Source of the DNA: Candidatus Tayloriibacteriota bacterium
Lineage (GTDB): Bacteria; Patescibacteriota; Minisyncoccia; Phycocordibacterales; JACOZD01
NCBI GenBank assembly: GCA_016181525.1
Contig: JACOZD010000013.1
Location: forward strand, 5,960-55,005
DNA length: 49,046 bases
Direction of reading: 5' to 3'
In this document: positions 35,443 through 43,789 of the stretch, one piece after another
Layout of the letters: each line of letters opens with the position of its first letter
Position numbering within the stretch: position 1 is the first letter of the stretch
Program-made: the position numbers and the translations under genes
Notes under the pieces: generated by a model
Told to the model about the DNA's origin: nothing
Databases searched by the model: none
The model's input: only the letters and a program-made list of their open reading frames with translations

Positions 35443-36489
35443 ATGACCCAGAGGATTGCCGCAATAGTAATGATTAGCGCCATTCTATTGGAGACTGGCT
35501 ACATTCTTAAAAACTCCCTGCCCAAAGCGACCAGTCAGAGTTCTCCCTTTTTCGCCTCCGCCTCGTCCCCGGCCCATGTCTTTGAGAAAGACCTGCGGCT
35601 CCGAGGCCGGGGACAGGATATTTATGAGCTCCAGAAAATTCTAAATTCTGATTCGTTCACGGCCGTGGCCGGCAGCGGCCCCGGCTCACCGGGCGAGGAA
35701 ACCGATTACTTCGGCCCCCTCACCCGCGCCGCCGTCTTCCGCTTCCAACTCAAATACGCCGCCGAGATTCTCCAGTCGGCCGGACTCTCGCGCCCTAGCG
35801 GTTTTGTAGGCGCCTTCACCCGCCGAAAATTAAACTCCCTCTCGCGTGAACTTTCGGAGATAAATAATCCATCTCTCGCCGGCTCGGGCAACCTTTTGGC
35901 CAGGGCTGGTTCAGAGAACGGCGCGCCCTTTGTGGCTTATCCAAACAAAGTCGAGGTGCGCCGCGGGGAAATTTTTAAAATTTCCGGCTGGGGCTTCGAG
36001 AGCGGGAATACGGTAAACATCGGCGACGTCTCCATCGCCGGAGTGCCGGCCAAGACCTCCGGCACCGAGCTCCATGTAGCAGTGCCTGAAAGCATGCCTT
36101 TCGGCACTCATAATCTTTTCGTGGAAAACACCAAAGGCCCGTCAAACAAAGGACGCTTCATTGTGGTGGTCAATCCTCAAAAGGCCAAGCCGACTATCTC
36201 CGGTATCTCTCCCTCCTCCGGCGCGGTGGGCACAATCGTAAACATCGAGGGTAAAAACTTTGCCGCCATGAACGAAGTTCGCGCCAGTTACGGCGCGAAG
36301 ATTCTAGCTCCCTCGGCCGACGGAGAGACACTTTCCTTTAAGGTGGAATACGGGCCCTTCGCCAAACTCCAGTCGCTTAAATCCGCCGGCCGCAACGTCA
36401 AGAATCTCAAAATCCCCGTTCACTTTTGGGTTTTGACCGACGGTGGAGTGAGCGGGCAGCGGGGGGAGTTTGCGATAGAAATAAAATGA
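35443..36489 (+). CDS. Peptidoglycan-binding (PG_binding_1) protein with IPT/TIG-like domains
   Basis: N-terminal TM helix. DIYELQKILNS...DYFGPLTRAAVFRFQLKY PG-binding motif. Two beta-sandwich-like repeats (GESGNTVNIGDV; ISGISPSSGAVGTIVNIEGKNF). Confidence 0.8.
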   Translation: MTQRIAAIVMISAILLETGYILKNSLPKATSQSSPFFASASSPAHVFEKDLRLRGRGQDIYELQKILNSDSFTAVAGSGPGSPGEETDYFGPLTRAAVFRFQLKYAAEILQSAGLSRPSGFVGAFTRRKLNSLSRELSEINNPSLAGSGNLLARAGSENGAPFVAYPNKVEVRRGEIFKISGWGFESGNTVNIGDVSIAGVPAKTSGTELHVAVPESMPFGTHNLFVENTKGPSNKGRFIVVVNPQKAKPTISGISPSSGAVGTIVNIEGKNFAAMNEVRASYGAKILAPSADGETLSFKVEYGPFAKLQSLKSAGRNVKNLKIPVHFWVLTDGGVSGQRGEFAIEIK

Positions 36490-36863
36490 TACGAATGAAA
36501 TCGAACAATACGAAAGAAATCTTGATTTATCTTGCCTGCGCGCTTGCGCTCTTGACTATCGCCTCGGCCATCTCGGCCACCGTAAGCGACGCCCAAGACC
36601 TTAACCCTTTCGGAGGCTATCTTTACAACGTTAAGTATTGCTGTAATGGTATCGAGCTTTATGTCGGACCGCCGGTCCCCGGCCAGTATTTCTACGATTA
36701 CACAGGGCAACTCTACCGCGAGTACCAAATCTTCGACGCCCACAATCAGTGGGTTCTTGGCCTGGCCACGCCGGGCGCCGTCTGTCTGGACATCGAGGCT
36801 GACTGCGAGGACTCCCGGCCGGTCATCGGCGGGACAATTTTGATGATAGGGACGTCGTTTTGA
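36486..36863 (+). CDS. Small secreted Cys-containing protein
   Basis: The ATG at 36486 overlaps the upstream stop (ATGA). Signal peptide ILIYLACALALLTIASAISA. Four Cys residues in the mature part. Confidence 0.55.
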   Translation: MIRMKSNNTKEILIYLACALALLTIASAISATVSDAQDLNPFGGYLYNVKYCCNGIELYVGPPVPGQYFYDYTGQLYREYQIFDAHNQWVLGLATPGAVCLDIEADCEDSRPVIGGTILMIGTSF

Positions 36864-36869
36864 GAGGAG

Positions 36870-36920
36870 GTTAGAATCTAGATGTCGGAATTTAGAATTT
36901 TCTAACATCTAATATCTAAC
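36870..36920. terminator. Imperfect hairpin between convergent genes, built from two inverted copies of the GTTAGAWWYTAGATGT repeat
   Basis: gttagaatctagatgt (36870-36885) pairs with acatctaatatctaac (36905-36920): 6 + 7 bp around a 3-nt internal mismatch. The second arm overlaps the last rsmA codons. Confidence 0.5.
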
Positions 36921-37697
36921 ATTTAACAACTCTTTAGCCAATTGTTGCCACTGCCCCAAACTCAAATCCTCGGCTCTGGCTTTGGGCGAGATCCCCAGTT
37001 CTCCAGCCATCCTCTCCCTCTCCCCTTCCGGCACGCCAAGATTAGAGAGCAGGAGCTTGCGTTTCGAGGAAAAACCTTTTCGGAGAGCGGCAAAAAACTC
37101 CGCCTCACCGACCTCGGCGAAAAATTTTTTGGAGATGCTATCTACAATAAGAATCGCCGAGTCAACTTTGGGCCGCGGCCGGAAAAAAGATTTCGAAACC
37201 GGGCGGAGAATTTTCGGCTGGCCGTAAGCCTTAACCGAAATAGAAAGGATGCTCTCTTTCTTGTCTCGGGCCATGATTCTCTCGGCCACTTCCTTCTGGA
37301 CCATAACAATCATGATGGAGGGCTGGTTAGGTGAGCTCAAAAACTTTTTGAAAAGGGCGCCGGTGAGATAATAGGGAATGTTGGCAACCAGCTTGTAGTT
37401 GGCAATTTGCAGATTGTTAGAGAGGTCAAGTTTTAAGATGTCGGACTCAATGAGGGTCAGTCGGCCGGACCGAATCTCTTTGGCGAATTTTTGATTGAGA
37501 AAGGGAATCAGGCGACGGTCTTTCTCCACCGCCACAACGCGAGCGCCGGCGCGGAGGAGAAGCTCGGTGAGCACCCCCTCGCCCGGGCCAACCTCCAAAA
37601 CGAGGTCTCCCGGCGCAAGCGCGCCGGCGCGGACCATCTCCCCGGCGACCGCGCTCGATGTCAAAAAGTTCTGCCCCAGTGTTTTTTTCAAAAACAT
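36909..37697 (-). CDS. rsmA: 16S rRNA (adenine1518/1519-N6)-dimethyltransferase
   Basis: GQNFL, SAM motif VLEVGPGEGVLT, and NIPYY. Confidence 0.95.
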   Translation of the reverse strand: MFLKKTLGQNFLTSSAVAGEMVRAGALAPGDLVLEVGPGEGVLTELLLRAGARVVAVEKDRRLIPFLNQKFAKEIRSGRLTLIESDILKLDLSNNLQIANYKLVANIPYYLTGALFKKFLSSPNQPSIMIVMVQKEVAERIMARDKKESILSISVKAYGQPKILRPVSKSFFRPRPKVDSAILIVDSISKKFFAEVGEAEFFAALRKGFSSKRKLLLSNLGVPEGERERMAGELGISPKARAEDLSLGQWQQLAKELLNVRY

Positions 37698-37708
37698 GAT
37701 TAAAAACT

Positions 37709-39664
37709 CTAAAAATAAATCACTTTCCCTGGCCGTTTATCATGATTTCCCCATTCCCCGCGCTCCTCGACCTCGAGATAAACATCGTCAATGTCGGTGA
37801 TAAACTCCGAGGGCATATTGACTTGTCTTTCGCCGAAGATGGTCCGAAAGGAGGCGTAAGAGAGAAAAACCTTTCGGCGGGCGCGAGTCAGGGCGACATA
37901 AAAGAGACGTCTCTCTTCCTCCGACTCCTCGCTGGTGAGCCCTTCCTCGCCGAGCCGGCGGTGCGGGAAGAGGTCATTCTCGAGTCCCACAATAAAAACG
38001 TAGTCGAACTCGAGGCCTTTGGAGGCGTGGACGGTCATGAGACGCACGACCTCTTTCTTCTCATCTATCTCATCCTGGTCGGTGGCCAGAGCGGCGTCTT
38101 CGAGGAGCTTCTCCACTCCGGAGAGACCGGGGAGAGCGTCGTACTTGGCGGAGAGACTGACAAGTTCACCCAAGTTCTCCAAGCGCTCTTTATCTTCATC
38201 CCCGCCGCGTCCGAGTTCCTCTTTGAGCCCAGATGATTTCAAGACGAAAGAGACTGTCTCCGAGGCAGGGTGGCTCTCGGCGAACTGACCAATGCGACTC
38301 AAAAGATTTTTGAAAGCCGCCACTTTCTTCTGCGCCCCCGCCGGGAGAGCCCCTTCCCGCCCGACCAAAACTTTAATCAAGGCCACCTTGCCGAGGCCCC
38401 GCGGGGGAACATTAATGATTCTTTTCAAATCAGCCGCGCTCTCCGGGTTCAATGAGAGCCGCAGATACGAAAGCGTGTCTTTTATCTCCTTGCGCTCGAA
38501 GAAGCGCGTGCCCAGAACTTGATAAGGGAGACCGAGAGTGAGAAAGGCCTCCTCGAGGACGCGGGACTGAAAGTTAGCCCGAAAGAGAACGGCAACCTCG
38601 CTCGGAGGAACACCGCTCTCCATAAGCTCCTTGGCCCGGCCGGCGGCAAAGCAGGCCTCATCGGCCTCGTCCGCCGCCACGTAGATGCCGAGTTTCTCAC
38701 CCTCCGGATTCTCGGTGAAGAGCGCTTTTTTCAAGCGATAAACATTTTTCTCGATGATGTTGTTGGCCACTCGCAAAATTATCTTGGTCGAGCGGTAATT
38801 TTGCTCCAACCGAACCACCTTGGCCTCTTTGTAATCCTCCTCGAAGCTCATGAGATTGCGCAGAGTGGCGCCCCGCCAGGTGTAGATGTTTTGGTCGATG
38901 TCGCCGACCACGCAGATGCGGCGTTCGCGGGAGGCCAAGAGTTTGACGATGGCATACTGCACCCGGTTGGTGTCTTGGTACTCGTCAATGTGGATGTAGC
39001 GCCAGATTTTTTGGTAATGATTGAGAACGTCGGGAAAGTCTCCAAGCAAGACGGCGGTTTTGAGAAGAAGGTCGTCGAAGTCGAGGGCTTTCTCTCCCCT
39101 CAAGACGGCTTCATACCGCTCCCAGACGTCCGAGACAACCTCGGCAAAGTAGCCCTCGCGCCTCTCGGCAAAACTCTTGTGGGTCTCGAGGTTACCCTTC
39201 TCGCGCGAGATAATGTTGAGAATTTTCCCCGGCTCCGTTTGCTTGGGGTCGAGACCAGCCGCCTTGATGGCCTCTTTGACGGCGCGCCGGGAGTCGTCAC
39301 GGTCATAGATGGTAAAGCGGCGCGGGATGCCGAGGAGAGAGCCCTTCTCCCGGAGGATATGAACGCCCAGAGAGTGAAAGGTGGAGATAAACGGGCGCTC
39401 ACGCAGGGTGATGGGGAAGTTTAAGGTTTTATCGGCGGCGAGGAGCCCGTGAATGCGCTCGCGCATCTCCCGGGCCGCCTTGTTGGTGAAGGTGATGGCC
39501 AGAATCTGCGGGGGCGCCACACCTTTTTGAATGAGGTGGAGAATGCGGTGGGCGATGGTTTTGGTCTTGCCCGCCCCGGCGCCGGCGATGATGAGAAGGG
39601 GGCCGTCTGTCCAGAGAACGGCCTCCCTCTGCCGCTCGTTTAGCTCTTCCAGATGTTTGGACAC
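37709..39664 (-). CDS. pcrA: UvrD/PcrA-family ATP-dependent DNA helicase
   Basis: Walker A AGAGAGKTKT, motif II DEYQDTN, TVHASKGLEFDYVFIVG and a late YVALTRAR. GTG start. Confidence 0.95.
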   Translation of the reverse strand: MSKHLEELNERQREAVLWTDGPLLIIAGAGAGKTKTIAHRILHLIQKGVAPPQILAITFTNKAAREMRERIHGLLAADKTLNFPITLRERPFISTFHSLGVHILREKGSLLGIPRRFTIYDRDDSRRAVKEAIKAAGLDPKQTEPGKILNIISREKGNLETHKSFAERREGYFAEVVSDVWERYEAVLRGEKALDFDDLLLKTAVLLGDFPDVLNHYQKIWRYIHIDEYQDTNRVQYAIVKLLASRERRICVVGDIDQNIYTWRGATLRNLMSFEEDYKEAKVVRLEQNYRSTKIILRVANNIIEKNVYRLKKALFTENPEGEKLGIYVAADEADEACFAAGRAKELMESGVPPSEVAVLFRANFQSRVLEEAFLTLGLPYQVLGTRFFERKEIKDTLSYLRLSLNPESAADLKRIINVPPRGLGKVALIKVLVGREGALPAGAQKKVAAFKNLLSRIGQFAESHPASETVSFVLKSSGLKEELGRGGDEDKERLENLGELVSLSAKYDALPGLSGVEKLLEDAALATDQDEIDEKKEVVRLMTVHASKGLEFDYVFIVGLENDLFPHRRLGEEGLTSEESEEERRLFYVALTRARRKVFLSYASFRTIFGERQVNMPSEFITDIDDVYLEVEERGEWGNHDKRPGKVIYF

Positions 39665-39752
39665 GGAGGCAGTATAGCAGGAGAGTTTTAGGCTGTAAGC
39701 TATAAGCTCTAAGCTTTTCAGAAAGAGAAATTTAAAAGTGCCAATAAAAAAA

Positions 39753-39782
39753 TTGACAGACGGGCAAAAGCAATGCTATCCA
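39753..39782 (+). promoter_or_regulatory. Candidate promoter TTGACA - 18 nt - TGcTATCCA
   Basis: -35 at 39753-39758 and an extended -10 at 39774-39782. Confidence 0.4.
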
Positions 39783-39886
39783 CAGAAAGAGCACTCCCTT
39801 CATTGACCTGTAACCGAGCCCAAGCTAGACTTACTTAGTACCGCTTCGGCTGTACGAAAGATAAGTGGCTCAAGTGAGCCATTTTT
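39783..39886 (+). promoter_or_regulatory. Structured 5' leader ending in an intrinsic terminator (candidate riboswitch or attenuator) upstream of the LysM-M23 gene
   Basis: UUCG-tetraloop hairpin tac-c-gc[ttcg]gc-t-gta (39839-39855). Terminator tggctc-aagt-gagcca plus TTTTT (39866-39886). An upstream gagcc (39825-39829) duplicates the 3' terminator arm, so it could act as an antiterminator. Confidence 0.45.
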
Positions 39887-39914
39887 GCTGAAAGACCGAC
39901 TGGCCCGTTTATTT

Positions 39915-41000
39915 ATGAAATCTCCTAGAATCTTACCAAAACGGCTGGGAAATCGTCTGGTTGGAAAGAGAAAAACCCACGCCATCATAAAAATTTTGGT
40001 CGGGCTTCTGGCTGTTGAAGCCGTGTTTTTCTTGACCTTGCTCTCGAGGCCTGTTATCGCTCACGCCTCTCTTTTCTCCATTATTGCCGAGTTTCTCGGC
40101 CGACAGAAGGCCTCGGCCTCGGAGCTAATCGTCAAAAACTCCCAGACTATTCCCTTGCTCAAAGCGGCCGTTAACTTGAACCCCAACCCCCCTCGCGGCG
40201 GAGGCGACATCACCATCGTCGGCCGCTCGGCCCTTCTCCCCGAGAGCGGCCCGGCCGGGACTCTCGCCGACATCGGCGAGGAAAGCCCTTACGCCAGCGG
40301 GCAGATCAGCATCTACGTGGTTAAGGAGGGCAACACGCTCTCGGAGATAGCGGAGATGTTCCGCGTTACCGTTAACACCATCCGCTGGGCTAACGACCTC
40401 TCTCCCGGAGAGCCCATCAAAATCGGCCAAACCTTGATTATTCTCCCCATTTCCGGCATCCGCCACCAAGTTAAGGAAGGAGACACTCTCTCCTCCATCG
40501 CCAAACGCTACGGCGCCGACCTCAAAGACATTACCCAATACAATAACATGCCGGCAGACACCAAACTCACTGTCGACTCGATTATTATCGTACCCGAGGG
40601 CGAGATCAGCGAGCCGAGTCAGAGGTCAGCGCCCCAAATCGCCTCCCCGCACTACGAGGGCTACTACATTCGGCCCATTGACGGCGGCCGCAAGACCCAG
40701 GGTCTGCATGGTTACAACGGTGTTGACTTAGCGGCGCCGGAGGGCACGCCGATATACTCGGCGGCCGGCGGGCGGGTGATTGTGAGCAAGATTCTGGGCT
40801 GGAACGGCGGTTACGGCAAATACATCGTGGTAGAGCATCTAAATGGCACTCAAACTCTTTACGCTCACCTTCTCGAAAATCTGGTCTTCTCCGGCACAGA
40901 GATCGCTCGCGGGCAGATTATCGGCTACGTCGGCAACACCGGCAAGTCCACCGGCCCTCACCTCCACTTTGAGATTAGAGGGGCCAGGAATCCTTTTTAG
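39915..41000 (+). CDS. LysM-domain M23 family metallopeptidase (peptidoglycan hydrolase)
   Basis: Two LysM repeats (YVVKEGNTLSEIAEMF...; HQVKEGDTLSSIAKRY...). M23 motifs HGYNGVDLAAPEGTPIY and GNTGKSTGPHLHFEI. The ATG at 39915 is preferred to the TTG at 39885, which lies in the terminator T-tract. Confidence 0.9.
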   Translation: MKSPRILPKRLGNRLVGKRKTHAIIKILVGLLAVEAVFFLTLLSRPVIAHASLFSIIAEFLGRQKASASELIVKNSQTIPLLKAAVNLNPNPPRGGGDITIVGRSALLPESGPAGTLADIGEESPYASGQISIYVVKEGNTLSEIAEMFRVTVNTIRWANDLSPGEPIKIGQTLIILPISGIRHQVKEGDTLSSIAKRYGADLKDITQYNNMPADTKLTVDSIIIVPEGEISEPSQRSAPQIASPHYEGYYIRPIDGGRKTQGLHGYNGVDLAAPEGTPIYSAAGGRVIVSKILGWNGGYGKYIVVEHLNGTQTLYAHLLENLVFSGTEIARGQIIGYVGNTGKSTGPHLHFEIRGARNPF

Positions 41001-41593
41001 CTCTTAACAACAAGTCCCCGAAGATACTCCTTCAAATCAGCTTCTTTTGCAATGTCGCGCGCTTGGTGAAAGAGAGTCTGAAAAGCGTCGACCACAGATT
41101 GGTTTTTTATTAAAACCACGCTCTCCCGCTGTAAATTGACAATAAGCGTCAGTTCGGGGGCGAGGAAAATATCCAGGTGATTATTCCTCTTAATCAAGTA
41201 TATTTTGGAATCTTTCTTTTGACGGATTAACTTTCGGCAAGACTCGATGACCTTTTTCCTGCCCCTATAAACCTCCACTCCAATACCGATGTCCTCTATA
41301 TCACTCCGCCTCCTTATTTTCCCCTCAAAAAGATTGGCCAGTTGGCGGATTTTGCGCACCAGCTCCTCGTTTGAGGCGATGCGCCACTCGTGGTGATTCT
41401 GAACGCGGATTCGTTCGGCAAACTCGCGGCGGCGAAGCTTCTCCAGGAGAAATCTGGCGGTAGTGCGCGGGATACGCATTTCCCTGGCTATCTCGCTGAC
41501 GTTGGCACGGGAGATACCCTGGAGAGCGCTCAAAACCCTCGCCTCCGTCGCCGAGATGCCGAGCATCTTTAGGTCCATTGACTCCAATCTCAT
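40997..41593 (-). CDS. Winged-helix (TrmB/MarR-like) transcriptional regulator
   Basis: LGISATEARVLSALQGISRANVSEIAREMRIPRTTARFLLEKL is an HTH. The gene is visibly AT-richer than its neighbours. Confidence 0.7.
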   Translation of the reverse strand: MRLESMDLKMLGISATEARVLSALQGISRANVSEIAREMRIPRTTARFLLEKLRRREFAERIRVQNHHEWRIASNEELVRKIRQLANLFEGKIRRRSDIEDIGIGVEVYRGRKKVIESCRKLIRQKKDSKIYLIKRNNHLDIFLAPELTLIVNLQRESVVLIKNQSVVDAFQTLFHQARDIAKEADLKEYLRGLVVKS

Positions 41594-41599
41594 CCTCCC

Positions 41600-41627
41600 A
41601 TCCTAAATCTGACAAAATTATTGTCAA
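41600..41627 (-). promoter_or_regulatory. Promoter TTGACA - 16 nt - TAGGAT, 6 nt upstream of the regulator ATG, overlapped by the palindrome gacaaaattattgtc
   Basis: On the minus strand the -35 is at 41627-41622 and the -10 at 41605-41600. The palindrome with 5-bp arms at 41611-41625 covers the -35 and spacer. Confidence 0.55.
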
Positions 41628-41681
41628 TTTTACGTCAAAAATACGGCCTTGTTTTTCTTGTTGTTTTTCTTGTTTTTTCCG

Positions 41682-41719
41682 AAGGTAAAATAAGCCGCGA
41701 TCGCGGCTTATTTTACCTT
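41682..41719. repeat. 38-bp perfect palindrome aaggtaaaataagccgcgatcgcggcttattttacctt
   Basis: Read directly. The symmetry centre lies between 41700 and 41701. It is followed by a tandem ATTTTACCYTTGAT x2 (41709-41736) and preceded by a T-rich tandem repeat (41649-41678). Confidence 0.95.
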
Positions 41720-41736
41720 TGATATTTTACCCTTGA

Positions 41737-43272
41737 TCATGCAAAATACTCCTCTTTTTTGGGGCGGTACTGAAGGGCCTCGAGGAGATGATTCTCACCG
41801 ACACTTTCCACTCCATCGAGGTCGGCGATGGTGCGTGAGAGTTTGATAACGCGGTGATAGGCGCGAGGCGAGAGAGAAAGTTTCTCGGCCGAGGCGTTCA
41901 GAATTTTCTTGACGCCCTCGGAGAGCGGCACGTACTTGCCTAGGTCCCGGCCCGACATAAGACTGTTCAAATAAATGCCTTTGCGATGAGACTTGAAGCG
42001 CACTCGCTGAATCTTCCGGGCCCCTGTCACCCGCTCCCGCACGGACATACTCCTCTCTCCCCTCTCGCCCGCGGAGAGCCGGCGATGGTCGAAGTCGGGC
42101 ACCTCAATCCACATATCAATTCTATCCACGATCGGGCCGGAGAGCTTGCGCCGGTAGCGGACGAGCGCTCCGGGAGGGCAGACGCACCTCTTTTTGGGAG
42201 AACCGAGATGGCCGCAGGGGCAAGGGTTCATAGTGGCCACCAGGATAAAGTCGGCCGGAAAATGAGCCGAGCCGCGCGCCCGCGAGACGGTGATAACCTT
42301 GTCCTCAAGCGGCTGGCGCAGAGCATCAATCACCCGCCTCTCGAACTCCGGAAACTCATCGAGAAACAGCACTCCTTTGTGAGCCAGAGTCACCTCGCCC
42401 GGCTTGACGTTGGCTCCGCCGCCGACAAGCGAAACATAGGAGGCGGTGTGATGAGGCGAGCGGAAAGGGGGGCTTAAAATCAGACTGCCGGTGAGCACTC
42501 CGGAGACCGAATGGATAGCAGTAACCTCCAGAACTTCGTCGAAGGAGAGGGGCGGCAGAATGGCGCTAAAGGCCTTGGCGAGCATGGTCTTGCCAGTGCC
42601 AGGCGGGCCAAAGAGAGCGATATTGTGGCCGCCGGCGGCGGCAATCTCAAGCCCTCGCTTGGCCAGTTCCTGGCTGATAATATCCGAAAAATCAATCTCC
42701 GGTTCCCCGGCGGCGAAGGAAATCTTTGTCCTCGGCGCCGGAGCCATGCTCCTCTCTCCCCCCAGATGCAAAATCACCTCCCGCAGAGTGGAGGCGCCTA
42801 AGACGGCGATACCGTCGATAAGAGCCGCCTCGCCGCTATTCTCTCTTGGCACGTAAACCTCCCGAAAGCCCTCCGTCCTGGCCTCCCGCACAAGAGGCAA
42901 GATGCCGGTCACAGCCCGAAGTTCGCCGTTGAGGCCAAGTTCGCCGATAAAGATTCTCGAAGCCGGAGTAAAGTCTAGGTCCCCGGCGGCCGAAAGATAG
43001 GCCAGGGCGATAGCGAGGTCGAAGTGCGAGCCCTCTTTTTTGACATCGGCCGGAGCAAGCGAAACCACCACTTTCTGGTTTTTGGCCTTGGGCGAGGTGA
43101 AACCGCTGTTTTTGATGGCGGCGGAGATTCGGTCTTTAGCCTCCTCCACCGCCTTGTCGGGAAGCCCCACAACACTGAAAGAGTGAAGACCCCTCGAGAG
43201 GTCCACTTCGACGGCGATGATATGAGCTTTGAGGAGCGAAACTTGGGCAGAGAAAACTTTGGAGAAACTCAT
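41737..43272 (-). CDS. comM: YifB/ComM family Mg-chelatase-like AAA+ protein
   Basis: Lon-protease-like N-terminal domain, Walker A GPPGTGKTMLA, Walker B LFLDEFPEF, and a C-terminal Mg_chelatase_C-like region. Confidence 0.95.
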   Translation of the reverse strand: MSFSKVFSAQVSLLKAHIIAVEVDLSRGLHSFSVVGLPDKAVEEAKDRISAAIKNSGFTSPKAKNQKVVVSLAPADVKKEGSHFDLAIALAYLSAAGDLDFTPASRIFIGELGLNGELRAVTGILPLVREARTEGFREVYVPRENSGEAALIDGIAVLGASTLREVILHLGGERSMAPAPRTKISFAAGEPEIDFSDIISQELAKRGLEIAAAGGHNIALFGPPGTGKTMLAKAFSAILPPLSFDEVLEVTAIHSVSGVLTGSLILSPPFRSPHHTASYVSLVGGGANVKPGEVTLAHKGVLFLDEFPEFERRVIDALRQPLEDKVITVSRARGSAHFPADFILVATMNPCPCGHLGSPKKRCVCPPGALVRYRRKLSGPIVDRIDMWIEVPDFDHRRLSAGERGERSMSVRERVTGARKIQRVRFKSHRKGIYLNSLMSGRDLGKYVPLSEGVKKILNASAEKLSLSPRAYHRVIKLSRTIADLDGVESVGENHLLEALQYRPKKEEYFA

Positions 43273-43324
43273 GTTAAATCAAAAATCAAATATATATTTA
43301 TATTTTTGAACTTTGATTTTTAAA

Positions 43325-43687
43325 TTATTTCATGTGTTTCTTGCAGGTAGTGGCGGCTGGGTTGGCCTCAAGACGGTCCGCCTCGATCTCCTCGCCGCCG
43401 ACCACACAGATGCCGTAAGTCCCGTCCTCGACGCGCTTTAAGGCGTTCTTGACCTCGTTGTAGCGGATTTCGAGCTGCTTCAAGATGGCGGAGTTCTCCT
43501 CAAACTCCTCGATGCTGTCGGCCACCTCGTTCTCGTCGGCCGGCAGGGCGTCCCAGCCGCGCTCGGGCGTGGCCTCCCAGTCGGCCGGGTTAGCCGGGTT
43601 GCGGCGGCCGACACTTTTTAACTCGTCCTCCAAAGTTTTGATCTCTTCAAAAAGTTTTTGCTTGTAGCGGCTGATTTCAATTGCCAT
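43325..43687 (-). CDS. DksA/TraR-family protein with a degenerate (2-Cys) zinc finger
   Basis: Coiled-coil region, then GTYGICVVGGEEIEADRLEANPAATTCKKH. The ATG at 43687 is preferred over the TTG at 43693. Confidence 0.75.
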   Translation of the reverse strand: MAIEISRYKQKLFEEIKTLEDELKSVGRRNPANPADWEATPERGWDALPADENEVADSIEEFEENSAILKQLEIRYNEVKNALKRVEDGTYGICVVGGEEIEADRLEANPAATTCKKHMK

Positions 43688-43789
43688 GGGCAAATGATAG
43701 CAGACAGAGAGGTGATTGCAACCTAAACTAAATTTAAATTTCTAGTACAAGGAAAATCGTCCTTTTCATACAGCTTTGTGATGTAGCTC

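Noticed and set aside
38519-39424. 301-aa plus-strand ORF
   Set aside because: It is antisense to the UvrD/PcrA gene.
39689-39712. (NTAAGCT)x3 tandem repeat upstream of uvrD
   Set aside because: It is a real tandem 7-mer (gtaagct ataagct ctaagct), but it is short and isolated, with no obvious link to a feature. It is noted only.
39783-39886. Assigning the leader to the ydaO/c-di-AMP riboswitch class
   Set aside because: Only one short segment resembles the consensus. The GGGGA/ACCC-type conserved elements and the pseudo-twofold architecture were not found, and the leader looks too short. It is retained only as an unclassified candidate.
39800-39988. 62-aa minus-strand ORF in the M23 leader region
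   Set aside because: It overlaps the structured leader and the start of the M23 gene and has no coding features.
41694-41707. GCGATCGC (HIP1-like) core of the 38-bp palindrome as a cyanobacterial signature
   Set aside because: It is a single occurrence in a palindrome, and nothing else in the window is cyanobacterial.
43273-43324. Similarity of aaatcaaaaatcaaa / tttgattttt (43277-43314) to the 7-nt repeat in rnhA (2881-2907)
   Set aside because: Both are A/T low-complexity strings, and the match is too short and simple to argue for a repeat family. The 10-bp inverted repeat here may just be a weak dksA-comM intergenic hairpin.
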